Shown one piece after another: positions 1 to 14,522 of a stretch of 64,000 nt of DNA. The translations under genes and the position numbers were made by a program. The stretch is from Haliotis rubra (lineage: Eukaryota), in assembly GCF_003918875.1 (NCBI RefSeq), contig NW_025766447.1, positions 930,001 through 994,000 of the forward strand. The letters are read 5' to 3'. The notes under the pieces were generated by a model that saw nothing but the letters and a program-made list of their open reading frames with translations, was not told the DNA's origin and ran no database searches. How positions within the stretch are numbered: position 1 is the stretch's first letter; each line of letters opens with the position of its first letter.

Positions 1-302
1 AAAAGAACAACGGGTAGCTATTTGTTCGACTAGAGTTGCTCGGACAATGAGAGGGCTCCTCGTAAAATCAACAGGTCTTCTTGTGCAATTGATCAGATTT
101 AATCACCTTCAGATGGCCATATACAGCCATGGGAAAATACGTCTCTCGCGTCACCATGCTATATTCTAGCACAACAACATACAGTTAACAAAACCCTTCT
201 AATCTGATTTTGAACTAGAAAATTGTCTTTGTCACACAACGAGTACAAACAACGTTTGAAAGTCTGGACACTTACTGCGCGTCCAGTGATATGAACCTAC
301 AT

Positions 303-732
303 GATTCAGCTGGGTGTAATTACGGGTGTATAATATTTACCCTACCCACCGTTTACTACCGGGTGTATGAGCTGATCTCATAAGGGTGTAGACTGGTAGA
401 TTCCCCGCGCTTTGATCTTCCACTCACCCAGGTGACTTATGATGAACATCGCATGCCATGGGCATAAAACCCAAAAAACTTAATCTGAAATTCTAATTTC
501 TTTTGTCGTCAAACAAACATGCCCATTGTTAAGTATGTGTTATGTGTGTTTTGAAAACGTACATTCCGGAAAAGTCGTAATATATTTATTACATGTTTAC
601 ACAGCTCGAACATATAATGACACTTATTAATCTACAGAGAACCGATTAGCAATGAAATTGTATTTGGCGGTTATCTCGGCATATATACCTTCGCCCTACG
701 AGTACCAACCCTACTTCACACCCGCCTGAATC
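303..732. mobile_element. Possible degenerate MITE
   Basis: GATTCAGCTGGGTGTAA at ~303 is an imperfect inverted repeat of TTCACACCCGCCTGAATC at ~715-732. No clear TSD. Confidence 0.3.
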
Positions 733-2662
733 TAGTCTTTAATCTGACTGTATTGTACGCTGTTTTAAACTAATAACACTGTATTGGAGAGCGTTCACAA
801 TATTTGGAGGTCATAACAGCTATCAAACCATTATGGCTGGCAATTTCTTATTTTATCTACAGATGATAGGACGTTATCCCTCTAGCCGGAGAGCTACTTG
901 AGACTGTGTAAAGTTCTCGTCGACTGGACTGCCACTTGCTCTCTCCTATTACAACGCTACACAGCAAGGGAGTAACCGGTTTGTGTGGACAGAAATGATA
1001 AGAATCCTTTATAAACGTATATGATTATATACACGTATCTCATCTGAGGAAAATTATTATTTCCACACTAATAGATAAGAGATAATTTTCATATTCATTT
1101 CACTTTTTCCTGGAATTTAATTTGAACATTTAAAAACGATAATCAAAGCATGATAGACGGATATTATTCCATGAAACATGTTATCAAAAACTTGCAGGGA
1201 AATTACAGTCAGTCACGCGTATGTGAAAACAATTTACATCCTCATTACAAGCGCCGTATTACAGGTACAACTATGTGCATCCATTACGTACACTAAGTAA
1301 AGCCAGGTGCCACATCGCAGTGGGATAGTTTCACATCCTATTGTTTGGAAATGTATGGTTTGGATCTTGACAGATGAAAACTCTGTACTTTAAACCCGCC
1401 AAGTAAAGCCTATATTACCATGGCTTCTTTGATAAGCTGAGATCCCCATCTGGTAGGTGAGTCAACCTAGGTTACCAGTGATCCCTATCAGTTTAAATCT
1501 TCCTACCCCGGCAGGGGGTTTGTCCATGTTTAGCCCAATCTGTTCCCCCTGTAGTTAAACTCAAGGGATTAGTGTCGGTAATGTGATATAAAACTCTCCC
1601 CAACTCACTCAGATTCGCGAGCCTTGATGTCCGAGTATAAAAATCTTCAAAACCTAGCCGATGAATACCCGTTCCTTTGATTCCTTTATGTGGCATTTAT
1701 TATATGAAGCAAGTGCCACAAAGCGAGATATTTTATGTAACAATTTCAAATACGCCTTCGCATAAACCATTATGAGAGTAATGTCGGGAACGCCTGGCGC
1801 AAACAACACAATAAGTTATCATTTCGTGATCCTAATTCTGTAGCCTCATTGGTGGGACAATATATGTTTAGTACAGTCATTTCTAGCACATTGATTGTAC
1901 ATAAGAGGGCCTTGTGAGATCAGGCTTACGCACGACGGCGAGTTTGAACTTCCGCCTAGTCCACAATGACGTAAACAAAGGTTCCGTTCACGATCGTAGA
2001 GCTACGGTTGTCCTAAGTCTATGTTGGGGTATGGGAGTTACGATCACCCTAGCAGTAGTTCGCTTTGTGAAGGGGGCCCAGTGTGCTGGTTTAAGGTGGT
2101 ACTTTTGGACATCTGTACTCCATGTATAATCCCTTATGATATATATGGCCATTTTGCCTCGGTGCCATTTGTCATGATGTGAAATACCGCCTTTTAATTG
2201 TTTTGTGTATTAGTATCGGTGATATTGCAGGCACGCGCTGGACGACCGACAGTATACAAGTGAAGCTCGTTTTGTAATTCAAATAGCATTTTTGCTGAAT
2301 AAATAATGTGACTGTAATATATCAATCTGCGTCTATTGTAACATAAGGCGCCTATCTCGACACCGGTGACAAATCAGAGGAGGTTCCACTAGCATGACAA
2401 TGTGTACCCTTGTCCCCTTGGTGCCTCATACCCTGAAGTAGGAATACACCGGCACCGAACTGTTGATGCCTGGTAACAATAGTATAATACCAGAACCAGT
2501 CACCTTGAAATAGCTGGAACCGATAATCAGCAAGAGGTACAATCTGTTGGTACAGAACGCACTGCACATGAAAACAGGAAAATGTCAAGATATGTACAAA
2601 AGCTATAACAAGCCTCATCAGTCTGAGCTACTAACGGCTGTGTCTGCCTGCCATAGTTACAG

Positions 2663-2740
2663 CATTGGCTGTGTAACACTGGCTGTGTAACATTGGCTGT
2701 GTAACATTGGCTGTGTAACACTGGCTGTGTAACACTGGCT
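2663..2740. repeat. 14-bp tandem repeat (CAYTGGCTGTGTAA) x~5.5
   Basis: Directly visible; it explains the repetitive ORF 2527..2748. Confidence 0.9.
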
Positions 2741-4417
2741 GAGGTCATTCATTTGCAAAGATATGCACCGTCAGCACTCTGTTAAATGATAAGCAACGAG
2801 TATCGTTGTCTAAATGATAAGCAAGGGTATCGTTGTCAGTAATGGTGTGTGTATTAGCATTGCATTGTCGTCAGCAAGATTATTATAGTGATGATTATTA
2901 TTCATGGGCATAGTTTCATAGTGTTAGTAAGAGTCAAAGGATAAGAGTGGAGATATGTCAAGAGCCCAAGACTGCAGCACTGAATACCTTGTCAGCATCG
3001 ATGTGAGTAGCCGCATTCAGCATGAAGCCAATCATCCAACTAGTTGTGGGTTATCAGCCTTAACGCCGTCATGTCCATCACAGTCCGCTACACGATACGG
3101 GCGCTAACTGGACAGGGGGCATGTCGTGACGTCACTGATGTCCATGTTAGGGGGAGAAGTTATCACTTAGAGTGGGTGCCTGGACAGGGGGCTTATTCCG
3201 TACCCTCGGGCATGCGTCTTGCATGCTGACAGTGAATTAAGTGGCGGGACATCCCACCTACCCTGGGAATCCCTCGTTTGTCTTAAGACAATATGACCGG
3301 AGCGTTTATTATTTACAGTGGAGACTGTGGATTCATAGACTGTGTATAGGTCATCCTGAGCGACTTAGACTTATAGTCTGTTAAAACTTACCCAGCTTAC
3401 AACAGACAATACAGAACAATTCAACAATTTTGAACATATCGGAGCCCTTGAAAATCATTTTTAAAAAAAGCATTCTATGAACATTGTGTATTTTTTCAAT
3501 TGAACAAAACAATTCACAGTTTCCTTGTCACGTGATTTCCGTGTCTTCGCGTAGTATGTCAACGCTCCGTCGGATGCGGATGGTAAATGGAGGGGATTTA
3601 CGAAGGGAACAGAACGTCGAAAGGACGTTTGATGGAAGTACAAACATGAATCTTCCTGTTGAAGGCTAATCTCAGGGTCAGCAGTGTTGGGTAATACATT
3701 AATTATCACCCGCAGACAATAGCCGCTTCTGTTCACGCCGGCCATAATTCCTTGGTACGAGTGGACATATTGGTCATTCTGGACCTGTTGTCCAACCCAT
3801 CAAGCACATCGCCCATGCATAGATTAACAGTTCGCTCTAAATGTTTCGTCTGTTGACCTTATCCAACAATCTTCCCATTTTCCTAATCTGTATTTACTAT
3901 CACAGTTGCCGTCATTACACAGATGTCATGAACGATTATTTTATTTTTGTAATGAGGAAATAGAAAAAAATACCCCGTATTATTTATGAAATACTTCCGT
4001 TAAGCTTAACAACGAAAACACTCATTTAATTAGCAAATGTTATAGCATGATGAGGGGGGAGATTTCAACGAATGAAAAACACGGGAGAAATTGGGTTTAT
4101 GAAACTGTTCTGTTTGGCACTGATGCGGTTAATTGTTTCATTTCAAATTGTAATTTGACTTTTATAACAGACATATTCTTATGAATACCAGTTGTTAGGC
4201 CATCATGTATTCCACCCCTGAAAAACACTATAACATATCTAATGGAGAGTGTCAGTGGAAACTTAAACTTTAATAGTACTCAAACAAATGCTATAGAATA
4301 TGTCTAATAATCAATTATAGATAGTTACTATTTTCAAGTCCTCTGAACAGAAACAGCAGTGTGAATGCAAATGTGGCGGTGTGTGTTGTGAGTGTTGTAG
4401 AGCTACAAGCAAAATCT

Positions 4418-4418
<1 letters not shown>

Positions 4419-4448
<30 letters not shown>
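4419..4448. repeat. (GT)n microsatellite
   Basis: Directly visible. Confidence 0.95.
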
Positions 4449-4450
<2 letters not shown>

Positions 4451-7400
4451 GTAGAGCAACAGCTTCGTGTGTGAGTGTGCGGAAACGAGAAACAGCGAGC
4501 TTCCCTAGTACGCTATTCAATAGCGATGGATCAATGAGCAGATGGCCGATAACATCGCTAGGCAAACACTGATAATTCTAACAAACAACTGGGTTGCATC
4601 ATACATATGATACTCTAACAATGTAGACAAAGCGCACAATTTGTCACACATAGATTGATTCAACTACAACGTGTCAGGCCATTCGTGCATGTAAACATCA
4701 ACGCGTGGTAAATATCAAAGTAGATTTGATCATTTAGCTATCATTCATACGAATAGAAGAAAGTACTGATAAAGTTGTAGTAAACTGGCAGGAAATAAAA
4801 TACCGAGGATACATTATGCTGTTAAACTTTATTTTCATTATCAAATATTTATAATTAAGTCAAATATTGGTTTGTTTGTTTTCATCATAAGGAAATCACT
4901 GTAACAAAGGCCAACATAAAATGTAGCACAACGTTTTTATAGCGATGATAAGGAAGGTATTTCACAGGAATATTCGTGAAGAGAGCATTCATAATTAATT
5001 TTAGTTCGGCATATATATTTTAAATGAGTAAAATATAAACTTCAGTTGGAATGTTCATTAAATGTAATTTTAGAAACACCTTTGATTTTGTTATAAATTG
5101 TCTTGTGCATACATAGCGAAGGGTGGATAGCATTTCGAACAAAGGAATATAACGAGAGTATTCAAAACAGCCCCACTATCATGTTGACAGTTCCCGGATA
5201 CACTGACACCGTGTTGTTTAGATACAGTTGTGACGGAGGGGAATATCGATGTACCTAGGGTGAAACTCCATCATGTTTCTGTTTTAAGTTTGATAAAAGA
5301 CGTTTACAAAATACTTTTGTGTCTTTCTGTCTATTTGCCATCTGGGTCGCGCACCATTAGACGGCGTCATGGTTAATTACACTCTGGTGTGCCCAAACCC
5401 GCCACGTTTCACTTACATCGGGTACAGATAAATTATACATCTTCATTAAACCTAATTACTGGCAGTTGACACTGAACCTTCGACTGGATGGGATGAAGCA
5501 TCTACCTCATCAATGTACAGACGTACTCATCCCAATATCGACGTTGTCAAACACATAATCATTTATTTACATCATTGCTATATTATCTCACACAACTGAA
5601 AATATGTCTGTTTGTACAGTCATAAAATCAGGAGAATAGTTTAATGACAACTATGATGTGATTAAGGTTTTTTCGTTAGGTTCAGCGAGTTAAAGACCAT
5701 AATTTTAACTTATTAAATGTTGGCAATAGGGCCAATTAGTTGCAGAGAATGGGTTGTGGATTATAGTAGCTGAGGTTGGAGAACTGATTGTGAATGTGAA
5801 GCGTAAAACGCTGGGAACTAGTAAACGTCCACACCAGTGAATATTGTGTCTCGTGTATCCGGCGATACACTTTCCACTGGGCGCACAGGGCCTAAAGGTG
5901 GTGAAAGTTATATGGATGGTTCACTGAAAATCATATAGCATATTACATGTATGTTCGATATTGTTTTAATGTGAAAGGACTAATTTATCAATTTAAAGTT
6001 TATTTTCCAATTTGAAGTTAAAAACAAAATGTGAAATCCAGACACGGGACCCTTCCTCGCTGCCAACTCGGCTTCTAAATGCGACTTAAAGATATCGTTG
6101 ATTGTGCTGTGAAGTCTTTCGTTGTCAAAAATATGTTCGCTGATACTGGAGAATAGGAATACCCTTCGTCCAAATATAAAAGGTGTCGGTAGGTGTGAAT
6201 GTTGTTTTTGTATCTTGCAAGAAATTGTAATGTATATAAATACTATGCACTTTCTCGGTATGATTTCAGTGCAGTTGAATATGTAAATATCATTTATGAA
6301 ACGTATGAATATATTAATTTCCGAATGACTTGGTTAACTAAATAATAGCATAATTAAAAAATAGGAAACAGAGACACACCTAAAGCCGAAATAACATCCC
6401 CGCCTTTCCCCATGACATTGCAAATGTGGTCACCTTGTTGGAGTCAGTGGTGGTTGTCCTGTGATATCTTCGCACCTACTCTTTACACCATTCACATCAC
6501 CATCGCACACAAACTCAGCTAATTAAACAAAACATTGTCTAAACAATCTACAAAGTCACGTGACTGTTTGTGAATTCAATGGTGAAATTTTAAAAAGTAA
6601 TACTGTCATTACTATTACCCATTTACGCGTTAACCATAAGACAAGCGCTTTTGTGGGAGATGAAAGTTTAAATCAGAAGCAGGTTGTCAAGTTCGCCTAC
6701 ATTTCTCAGCCGTGTCAGTACCCGAGGCTGGCTACAGCCGCGTTAATTATGTATGGTATTAATACAAGTGATCGCTCCTATTAGGATTTGTATCAGGAGA
6801 TCGGAGGGATGAGAGAGTGTTCGGATTCAGACCAAATATGTGAATATGACATTTATTGAGGTTCATATCAATATAAGAAACACAACTATACTGGCATTAT
6901 CTAGTTTGTATTATTAAGGGATAAAATATAACATTTTGGAAAATTTATGCAGTTTTCTTGTGACAATAATTCGGTCGTCTCTGCGTTGGGAATGTACTGG
7001 GTTAAATATGAATTATTAATATTACAATTAGAAACATATGTAGCATCGGCCTTTCTTGTAGTTTTAGACACCTGTTGTCTCTAACTGGTGATAAATTTAG
7101 ATTTTCGTAATACGTCTGATAATAATGTTTTAAAAAATATCAATTGCGAATAATCTCCTTGGCAGAAGTTCTGCCACATCAAATTGACGGCTTCCAAGTC
7201 GGCTCGCCCTCTCCCGCCCGTCCTGACTACGTTCCCAAGCTTCGCTTCTTGGTCAACTTTCGACATAGTTACTGTTAAAAACTCACAACGTGAAGATGCT
7301 GAACAGATGTTTTTTCAAAACAAAACGTGAATCAAATAGCACAGTTTATGATACAGCTAAAATACCTGTCACGGATGAACATGTGGGCACATGGCACCTA

Positions 7401-7455
7401 ACAGCTGGATGAATATAGCATTGTTGTCATCAACACCGACGTTACCATGAATATA

Positions 7456-7457
<2 letters not shown>

Positions 7458-7487
<30 letters not shown>
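7458..7487. repeat. (TA)n microsatellite
   Basis: Directly visible. Confidence 0.95.
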
Positions 7488-7489
<2 letters not shown>

Positions 7490-8842
7490 TTTATTTAGGT
7501 GCAACACATATGTTTTTTGTCACTCACTGCGTATTACTTGACAAATTGTATTCACTATAGATATAGTATTTCATAAATGTATGTCTTGATTAGACAGTAT
7601 CAGATTCTATACCAGTGTCGCCTATTTCTCGCCTTTGACACCCACAGCCTGACAGTTTACTGTTCAAACAGTATTGCTGTATCTGTATGTAAGTATGTGT
7701 TGCCATTGGCCTCGGGTTGTACACCTGTAACGGACAATCAACTGATACCCATCTCGTGACTCCCTAACCCCCAGGCTCCCCACAGCCTACACACGTCCTA
7801 CAAATTATATCATATACAAATAGCTTATTGAAAATGCGATAATATCTTCATTTTGATAATTAGAGTTAATTAGTTCGTCGGAAAATGAATTCATCTTATT
7901 TGGAAATATCTGTAGCGATACGTAGTATTTTATACATGATGAAAAACTAAAATTCCACAATCTGGCGTTATGATTTAGTTCCTAACTCTTTACTGTATCT
8001 TCAGCAGACCTTTATTTTTCTTACTGATATTTGAGAACATTGTGTTTTATATATATTTAAAACATATTTTTGTCCTCGCTCTCTCAGGCAATTTGTTGTT
8101 GTTGTTGTTTATTTTGACCATACGTTGGAAAGCATATGCGGATGGTTGGCAACAATTTCGTATGATTTGTTGATAGATTTCGCACAGCGTCTTGACATGC
8201 TAGTAAAACATTTTGTCTGTTTACTAAGCATATCTGATGAAATATTGTGAAAAATATCAAATTGTCAAACAAGAACACATCACTTGGATTAAATAAAATA
8301 TGTATGTGTATTTGAAAGGAGTCATTATTTATATTTCCTCGCCCTCTGACATCCGGTAAACAAAGTAATTGTTGTAGCTAGCATCGCAAACATGTAACCA
8401 TACTATTGACATTGAAATGTAATCCTAATTTCCGTCATGATACATTCAGTTTTACAACTTTAAGTAAAGGATTTGTACAAAAACGTAATGATTTATGATC
8501 AACACCAGTCTGTACATGTATGTAATGGCGTTTATATGGAAATTGATATCAAATATTGACAGTAAATATACCCTGTTATGTAGAATTCTCAAATTAGTGC
8601 AGTCGGGTGTGGAGGGTACAAAGTACATACGATACGGGTTGTTAGAGAGCTTCCGCGAAACACATTCTGTCCCATCACACCACCACTACACACGGATACA
8701 ATCAACTCCACGCTTATATAAGATTTAGGAAGTAATAAGATGGCAAAATACTGCGACTGTGACGACGAGAAGTTACAAGATGACAATGTCGGTTGTAAAG
8801 GTTGAAGTGTTTGTTTACAGATGAGGCAAAGTAAAAACTGAC

Positions 8843-9086
8843 CTTTCATATCTGCATCTGACGCTTGGCCGGGACTCAGGGATCCCTCGGGAGTGGGTGT
8901 GTCTCGCATGTCTTCGTGCGGGACCCCCGGGCTGCCTGTGACTGGGATCAGTCTCTCGGTCATCCCGTGGGTCGGGCTGGGAATACTGCCGTCAGAGCCG
9001 GAGTCGTCCACATCTACCAGTGTGTTCTCGTCAACGTCGCTGTCCATATCGTCGTGAGCGACCTGGTTCTCTGGCTTCGACATCAT
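8843..9086 (-). CDS. Probable first coding exon of an unidentified gene (acidic, Ser/Pro-rich N-terminus, possibly a transcription regulator)
   Basis: GC/CpG-rich ORF MMSKPENQVAHDDMDSDVDENTLVDVDD...SPGQASDADMK ends at a good donor AAAG|GTCAGT (phase 1). Composition turns AT-rich beyond it, and promoter motifs lie ~400 bp upstream. No downstream exon was confidently found in 1-8842. Confidence 0.7.
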
Positions 9087-9439
9087 TGGGAAAATGGGGT
9101 AATGATTTATAGCAAGTGTTGAGGAAATGTTTTCAAAATTTCGCCTATCCCTGAGGCGACACTTTCGTCATCTGCACGTAAAACCTCTGTGTTCAGGATA
9201 CAGGAGTACACCTGCACAGGTAAACGTTCACTTCAAATAAGCCGACAACTGTTCAGGTATACTGGTCAGTGTTGAGGAGATAAGTTCCAATAATGACCAT
9301 CAATACTGGTATTGACCGAAGATGCTGATGACAGTTGCAGGTGCGTTGTTAATGCGCCAGCGTCCTCCTCCTTGTTATGTTGCCTGGAAGAAATGATGCT
9401 AGGCAGCCTATGTCACGAGAGATGTACACCTCGCTCACA

Positions 9440-9545
9440 CCCCTGATTGACAGGTGGGCGGGGCCGGGAATACCGCGCTGTCTCCGTGAGCCGCTATTAT
9501 CCACAACTGATTTGATTGGTCGTTTCGAGCAACGGGGCGGGCTTA
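9440..9545 (-). promoter_or_regulatory. Proximal promoter motif cluster
   Basis: TGATTGACAG (PBX-MEIS/PREP decamer) at 9444-9453, overlapping E-box CAGGTG, GC box GGGCGGGGC at 9456-9464, CCAAT box (ATTGG ~9515-9519) and a second GC box at ~9534-9542. Confidence 0.6.
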
Positions 9546-11787
9546 CTTAAATTCACAAGCGATCATTATGCATTTGCTTGAAAGAAGAAATTAGGAACAA
9601 TCAGCCTAACCTGACGGTCATTTAATCCGCCAATAAAGCTTGTATTTCGCAACCAGGCCAAGAAATAAAGACAAGTTAACCTGGGTCAAATCTGAAGCCA
9701 TGTGCCCCTTGAGCCTGTTTCCCGAAAGTCTTCATGGACCTTGAAAACTCATAACACACTCACAAACAATTTATGACTAAAATATTGAATAGTGGAAATA
9801 ATTCGCTTTGTATAAAAGGCAATTACAAGGAATACAATAAGATTATTATAGTATGCTTGATACGATGATCCTAGTGAATCGCACACTATAAAAACTTGAA
9901 CATTTGTATACAGGATCGTAAAGACAGTTAATGAGACCTCTTTGATGTAGCGGGTAGATGAAGCGCTACAGCGTCTCTCTGATTATTACCAGCTTCTGGG
10001 ACATCACAGCACCTCGCTACTCCATCAATTCCTCCAGTTAATAAACGTATATTTTATAGATCATTTAACTTTAATATTATTCCACAATAAACGATTGTAA
10101 GTCACGTTTGAAGTCAACTATCGCAGTGGACATAAATAACTTAGCGTATCTGACAGTTGGTTATGAAAGCGTAGATTCCTATAGCAATGTTACCTGTGTA
10201 AACATAAAGATGATCTGTAGACCCCATTATAGGTTCTAGTTATTAGGTCAGGTAACAGGGCGACTTCAAACAGAGATACACTAAGCTCGCGATTACATCC
10301 CAGAAAAACAGACATCACAAATGTATAGATGGATCCTTAATGGGCAGTCATTTTAATTGGCACTCGGTTAAAAAGGGCAACTATTTGGTACAATTTGTAA
10401 TCATAAAACTGAACGTATTTCTGATGACGCACATACGATGAAAACATCCATTCATCAGCCTCATCTGACACAGCGTGGTGATTCTGTTTGTGTTATTTAT
10501 GCTATATTTCGTAGTCTTGTCATAAGTCAAAAAAGTTTTCAAATAGAAATGAAGATGTTATGGTTTGGTGACATTACTGCAGGTGATTGAAACTTAAAAA
10601 GAAGAACCTGCTGCATAGTTGCTGTATTTGTAGGGATGAGAAATATTTGTACAGGTATGAACTTACATGCTTTACATATTGTATGAAAGTTTCCCAAAGA
10701 AAATATTAGCCAAACTTGAACATTTTCGTTGCCTGGATGTCATTTCAGTTTTCCAACTCATGTCCATGTTTCTGACAACGGTTCTGCTGACAAGTGGTTA
10801 AACAGTTCCTTGTTTTATAACTGTTCCTCTTCTTCTAGGTTGAACAATAATCGTATATATTTTAAATATATTAAATTGGCATGTTGACTTTTTCACTTAA
10901 GTACAGCATTGTCACAGGTATTCACAAAAGAAACCCATATCAACGATTAGCTGTTCACAATATCAGTCCAAGTCCGTATCAACATACGTGACATAAACAT
11001 AAATTATTTTAAATAATTTTTCTTAAGATAATTGTTATTTATGTGTCTCAGATTTCATACAGTGCACGACTTCTGTTCATTTCGCTGCCGTGAATTCGTT
11101 CACGTTATATAATATTCTGTACACAAAAATACACGATGAAAGAGATACCTCTGTACTTGATGAGACAGTAGATTTCCATGAATTATGATACTACATGAAG
11201 TTACTTTCAGAAGGATTTTAAGACTCAAATCTAAATACACACACCATTTAATTCAATGTTTAAATATATTCTCTGTATATGTATATCATTCAAAAAAAAT
11301 CGACTAAAACAACTTCTTGTCATTTTAAATGTGATAAACGCGTGATATCGTCTGTATTCTTCTCACGCAAACCATTTTAAAGAAATATATTTTAAGAATG
11401 AATGAATGATTTTCAAGTGCAACATCTGTATTTATGTTACTGCTTTACTTTTTTATTTTCTTGGTTTTCTTTACCGAGCCTCAAATCAGAATATAAATAT
11501 TTCGGTGAATGACTACTTCTCGAGCCAGTGTTGCTAGTTTGATGGCTGTTCGGTCCCTATTTCCACTACACTAATGGGACACAATTTCCACAGGGCCACG
11601 CCCAAACTTTATACCACAGTTACCCAATACCTTTCATAAAACGGGCAAACAAATCGGTAGATTTCTTTTCTAGAGTGGGTGGTGCCAAGTAGGGATTGAT
11701 GGTACAGCGGTAAAGAATTGTGTCCCTAAGAGGACACAAGACGGTCACACAGTAGCCTGGGAACATGTCACTAGACAGTCACGGGTG

Positions 11788-12200
11788 TGGAAGCACCGGG
11801 TGTCTGGGTATCTAAGTGAGCCAGTGACTCACACAGTAACTGGGAACAAACCAGAGAGTGGCGGTTGTATAGAAGCACCGGGTGTCTGGGGTATCTAAGT
11901 GAGCCTAAGTGAGCCAGTGACTCACACAGTCACTGGGAACAAATCAGAGAGTGGCGGTTGTATAGAAGCACCGGGTGTCTGGGGTATCTAAGTGAGCCAG
12001 TGACTGTCACACAGTAACTTGGAACAAATCAGAGAGTGGCGGTTGTATAGAAGCACCGGGTGTCTGGGGTATCTAAGTGAGCCAGTGACTCACACAGTCA
12101 CTGGGAACAAATCAGAGAGTGGCGGTTGCATAGAAGCACCGGGTGTCTGGGGTATCTAAGTGAGCCAGTGACTGTCACACAGTAACTGGGAACAAATCAC
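11788..12200. repeat. ~83-bp minisatellite, ~5 copies
   Basis: AAGCACCGGGTGTCTGGG recurs at 11791, 11873, ~11966, ~12051 and ~12134. Confidence 0.9.
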
Positions 12201-12245
12201 AGATTGACGTGCTACTGCCATGCCGTCTGTTGTGCTTTTGTTACA

Positions 12246-12358
12246 GCGGCGGACATCTTCTCTCCGCTTCTGTTATGGCGGAGGACATCTTCTCTCCGCT
12301 TCTGTTATGGCGGAGGACATCTTCTCTCCGCTTCTGTGATGGCGGAGGACATCTTCTC
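12246..12358. repeat. 32-bp tandem repeat x~3.5 with internal hairpin (GCGGAG...CTCCGC)
   Basis: GACATCTTCT recurs at 32-bp spacing from 12252. Confidence 0.9.
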
Positions 12359-13249
12359 ATGTGCTGTTAACAGGCCAAGGGACTTGAAACAATTATAGTC
12401 AACACACATACTGTGCGCCCAGGAATATGAATACATTTATTTCACCGATGTAACATATTTTAAAATAATTACATTATTCTTGGTACGGTAAAGCGAATAT
12501 ATTTGTATACACTGCAAAGTAGGAAGTATGTTTACATATTTTCTGTCCTTGAGACCATGAGAGTTCGGACTATAGTTTAACACTCACTAGCTGTGTAAAA
12601 CAGTATTGGTTTGTACACTGCGCAGAAATCCAATATAGATAAAACATGTAATACATACATTCTACCAGCACAATGACAACTCTCTGATACGCTGTTGTGT
12701 TATCCCCGAGCAGATTACATAGTAAATTATGATCTCATGTAAATTCATTTGGTTTTGAAAAAGATACAAACTAATTAAAGTATTATAATGCGATGTCTGT
12801 TTTAGTATTAATTGTTTTTAATGTTTTAAGTAAATTTCATGCATAAGGTCTCTCATAACCCACATGGGTGGCCTATATAAGAAATAAAACCAATGTATTT
12901 TATGTATTTTTACTATGTATTGTATCGGGTGAGACTTATATAAATAATCTGTAGTAAGAGAAACACTACGGTGTATAAGTTTCCTGCTTCATCAGGCCGT
13001 AAGCATATACTCCAAAACTTTGTGGTCCAGGTGTTAAAGGTGTTATCCATAAACTCCCTGCCTTATAAATGTCATGTATTTTTTAATAAACTTTAAAACA
13101 CATGAAAACAAAATGTGAATGTGGTGCAGCACAGTCCATGAGCTTGTTATCTGCACGATACATACATATACATCTAATTGTCTTGTGGGCTTTACATGTG
13201 CCGTGCGTCCTTTGATACTGCAGCCTGGGTGAATGTTTATGCCTCCTAC

Positions 13250-13312
13250 GTACATACTGTACATAGCACATACATACTGTACATAGTACATACATACTGT
13301 ACATAGCACATA
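13250..13312. repeat. Short tandem repeat (TACATACTGTACATAGYACA) x3
   Basis: Directly visible. Confidence 0.8.
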
Positions 13313-14459
13313 TCTGCACATATTAGGTGTTAATAACTTAAACCTGTTCGTATCATACATCATGTATGTAGGGGTTATATTGTTCTTTATAAATTACAGT
13401 ATTTTTCTGATATTAGATTTTTTAGGCAATAAAATTGCTGACAAAACCAGTGTATGAGAGCCATTGTTGGGTAGAGTATTATACATCAAAGCGATATTGT
13501 TTTAGTAGGATAGGGGTTAATAGCGCTCACCTCCACACAAGCTCAGCAGATTAACTTTTACGACTTTGCTTTAGATAGTTGAGAATTAGCGACTTGACTC
13601 CAAGCATGTAGTGAGAAGAAAGGCCGTGTTGTAGGGATATGACTATATTGCTTTGCTCACACTATCGCGGTTTGGTGTTATTTAGTCCCTAACATCAAAG
13701 GCTAAACGACTTCAGCAGTTGATCTGGTGTCCTTAAACAGGTATCATATAAGAGACGATTAGTCGCACAATTCTGTGAATAATCACTTGTCTTAGCTAAC
13801 GTTGAAATTACAAAGGGAGAGGCGCCCAGTCATAACTATACTTTCCTATTACAAAATATATATGTTACTTTTTGCTTTGTACCGTGCGCTTGTTTACAGT
13901 GGCAATCACTTGTAACAAATATTAAAAGTATACCACTATCATGTATGAAAGAACCAAATGTTTCGCATGAAGCATGATTCTGGTTATGTAGCACGGACGA
14001 CGGAGGCGTTTCATCTCACAACTGTTCGGCTAGTTGTTATTTCGAGTCGTCGACATGATCCTCTGATATATGGAGCTCCGATGAATGGCTTAGTTAACAA
14101 TTTTAACCGTGCAACAAAGAGAGTTCATCATTTGTAAACACATGACGGGAGAGTGATTTCACTCACACAGCATCAGTCTATCTCCATCACGCAAATATTC
14201 ATCACAGTTCCACGCCTCTCCTGTACCGACTGTAATGTGCCATTCAAAGCATACAGCTCTGATACTTGACTGAATAGTTTCAAATACAAAGGGGGTGAAT
14301 TTCGAATTAATCGTGTATGTGACTTGTATGTGACTTGTATGTGACTTGGCATCCTGAAATGTTTGTATCATCATATCATGCAGCATATAACATCACTGTT
14401 ACGTAGGAGAGAGATCGGTCTGCATGTTTTGTTGAGATCAGCAATACATTAAAGAAATA

Positions 14460-14522
14460 TCCCGCCGTGATATTGCTGGAATATCGCTAAAAGCGGCGTA
14501 AAACTCAACTCACTCAGTCAGT
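14460..14522 (+). mobile_element. 3' fragment of tRNA-derived SINE family A
   Basis: CCCGCCGTGATATTGCTGGAATATCGCTAAAAGCGGCGTAAAAC plus an (ACTC)n tail matches the 3' part of 40615-40788. Confidence 0.8.

Noticed and set aside
7081-7272. Possible exon 2 of the 8.8-kb gene (phase-compatible acceptor, VTMSKVDQEAKL...)
   Set aside because: No recognisable domain, no good donor, and it drifts into AT-rich sequence. Not supportable without transcripts.
8589-8842. 3' part of the 165-aa ORF
   Set aside because: It lies past a strong splice donor in AT-rich sequence, so it is intron read-through.
10420-13000. Other CTGATGA...GAAA matches (~10421 plus strand, ~12990 minus strand)
   Set aside because: No stem II or stem III pairing, so they are not hammerheads.
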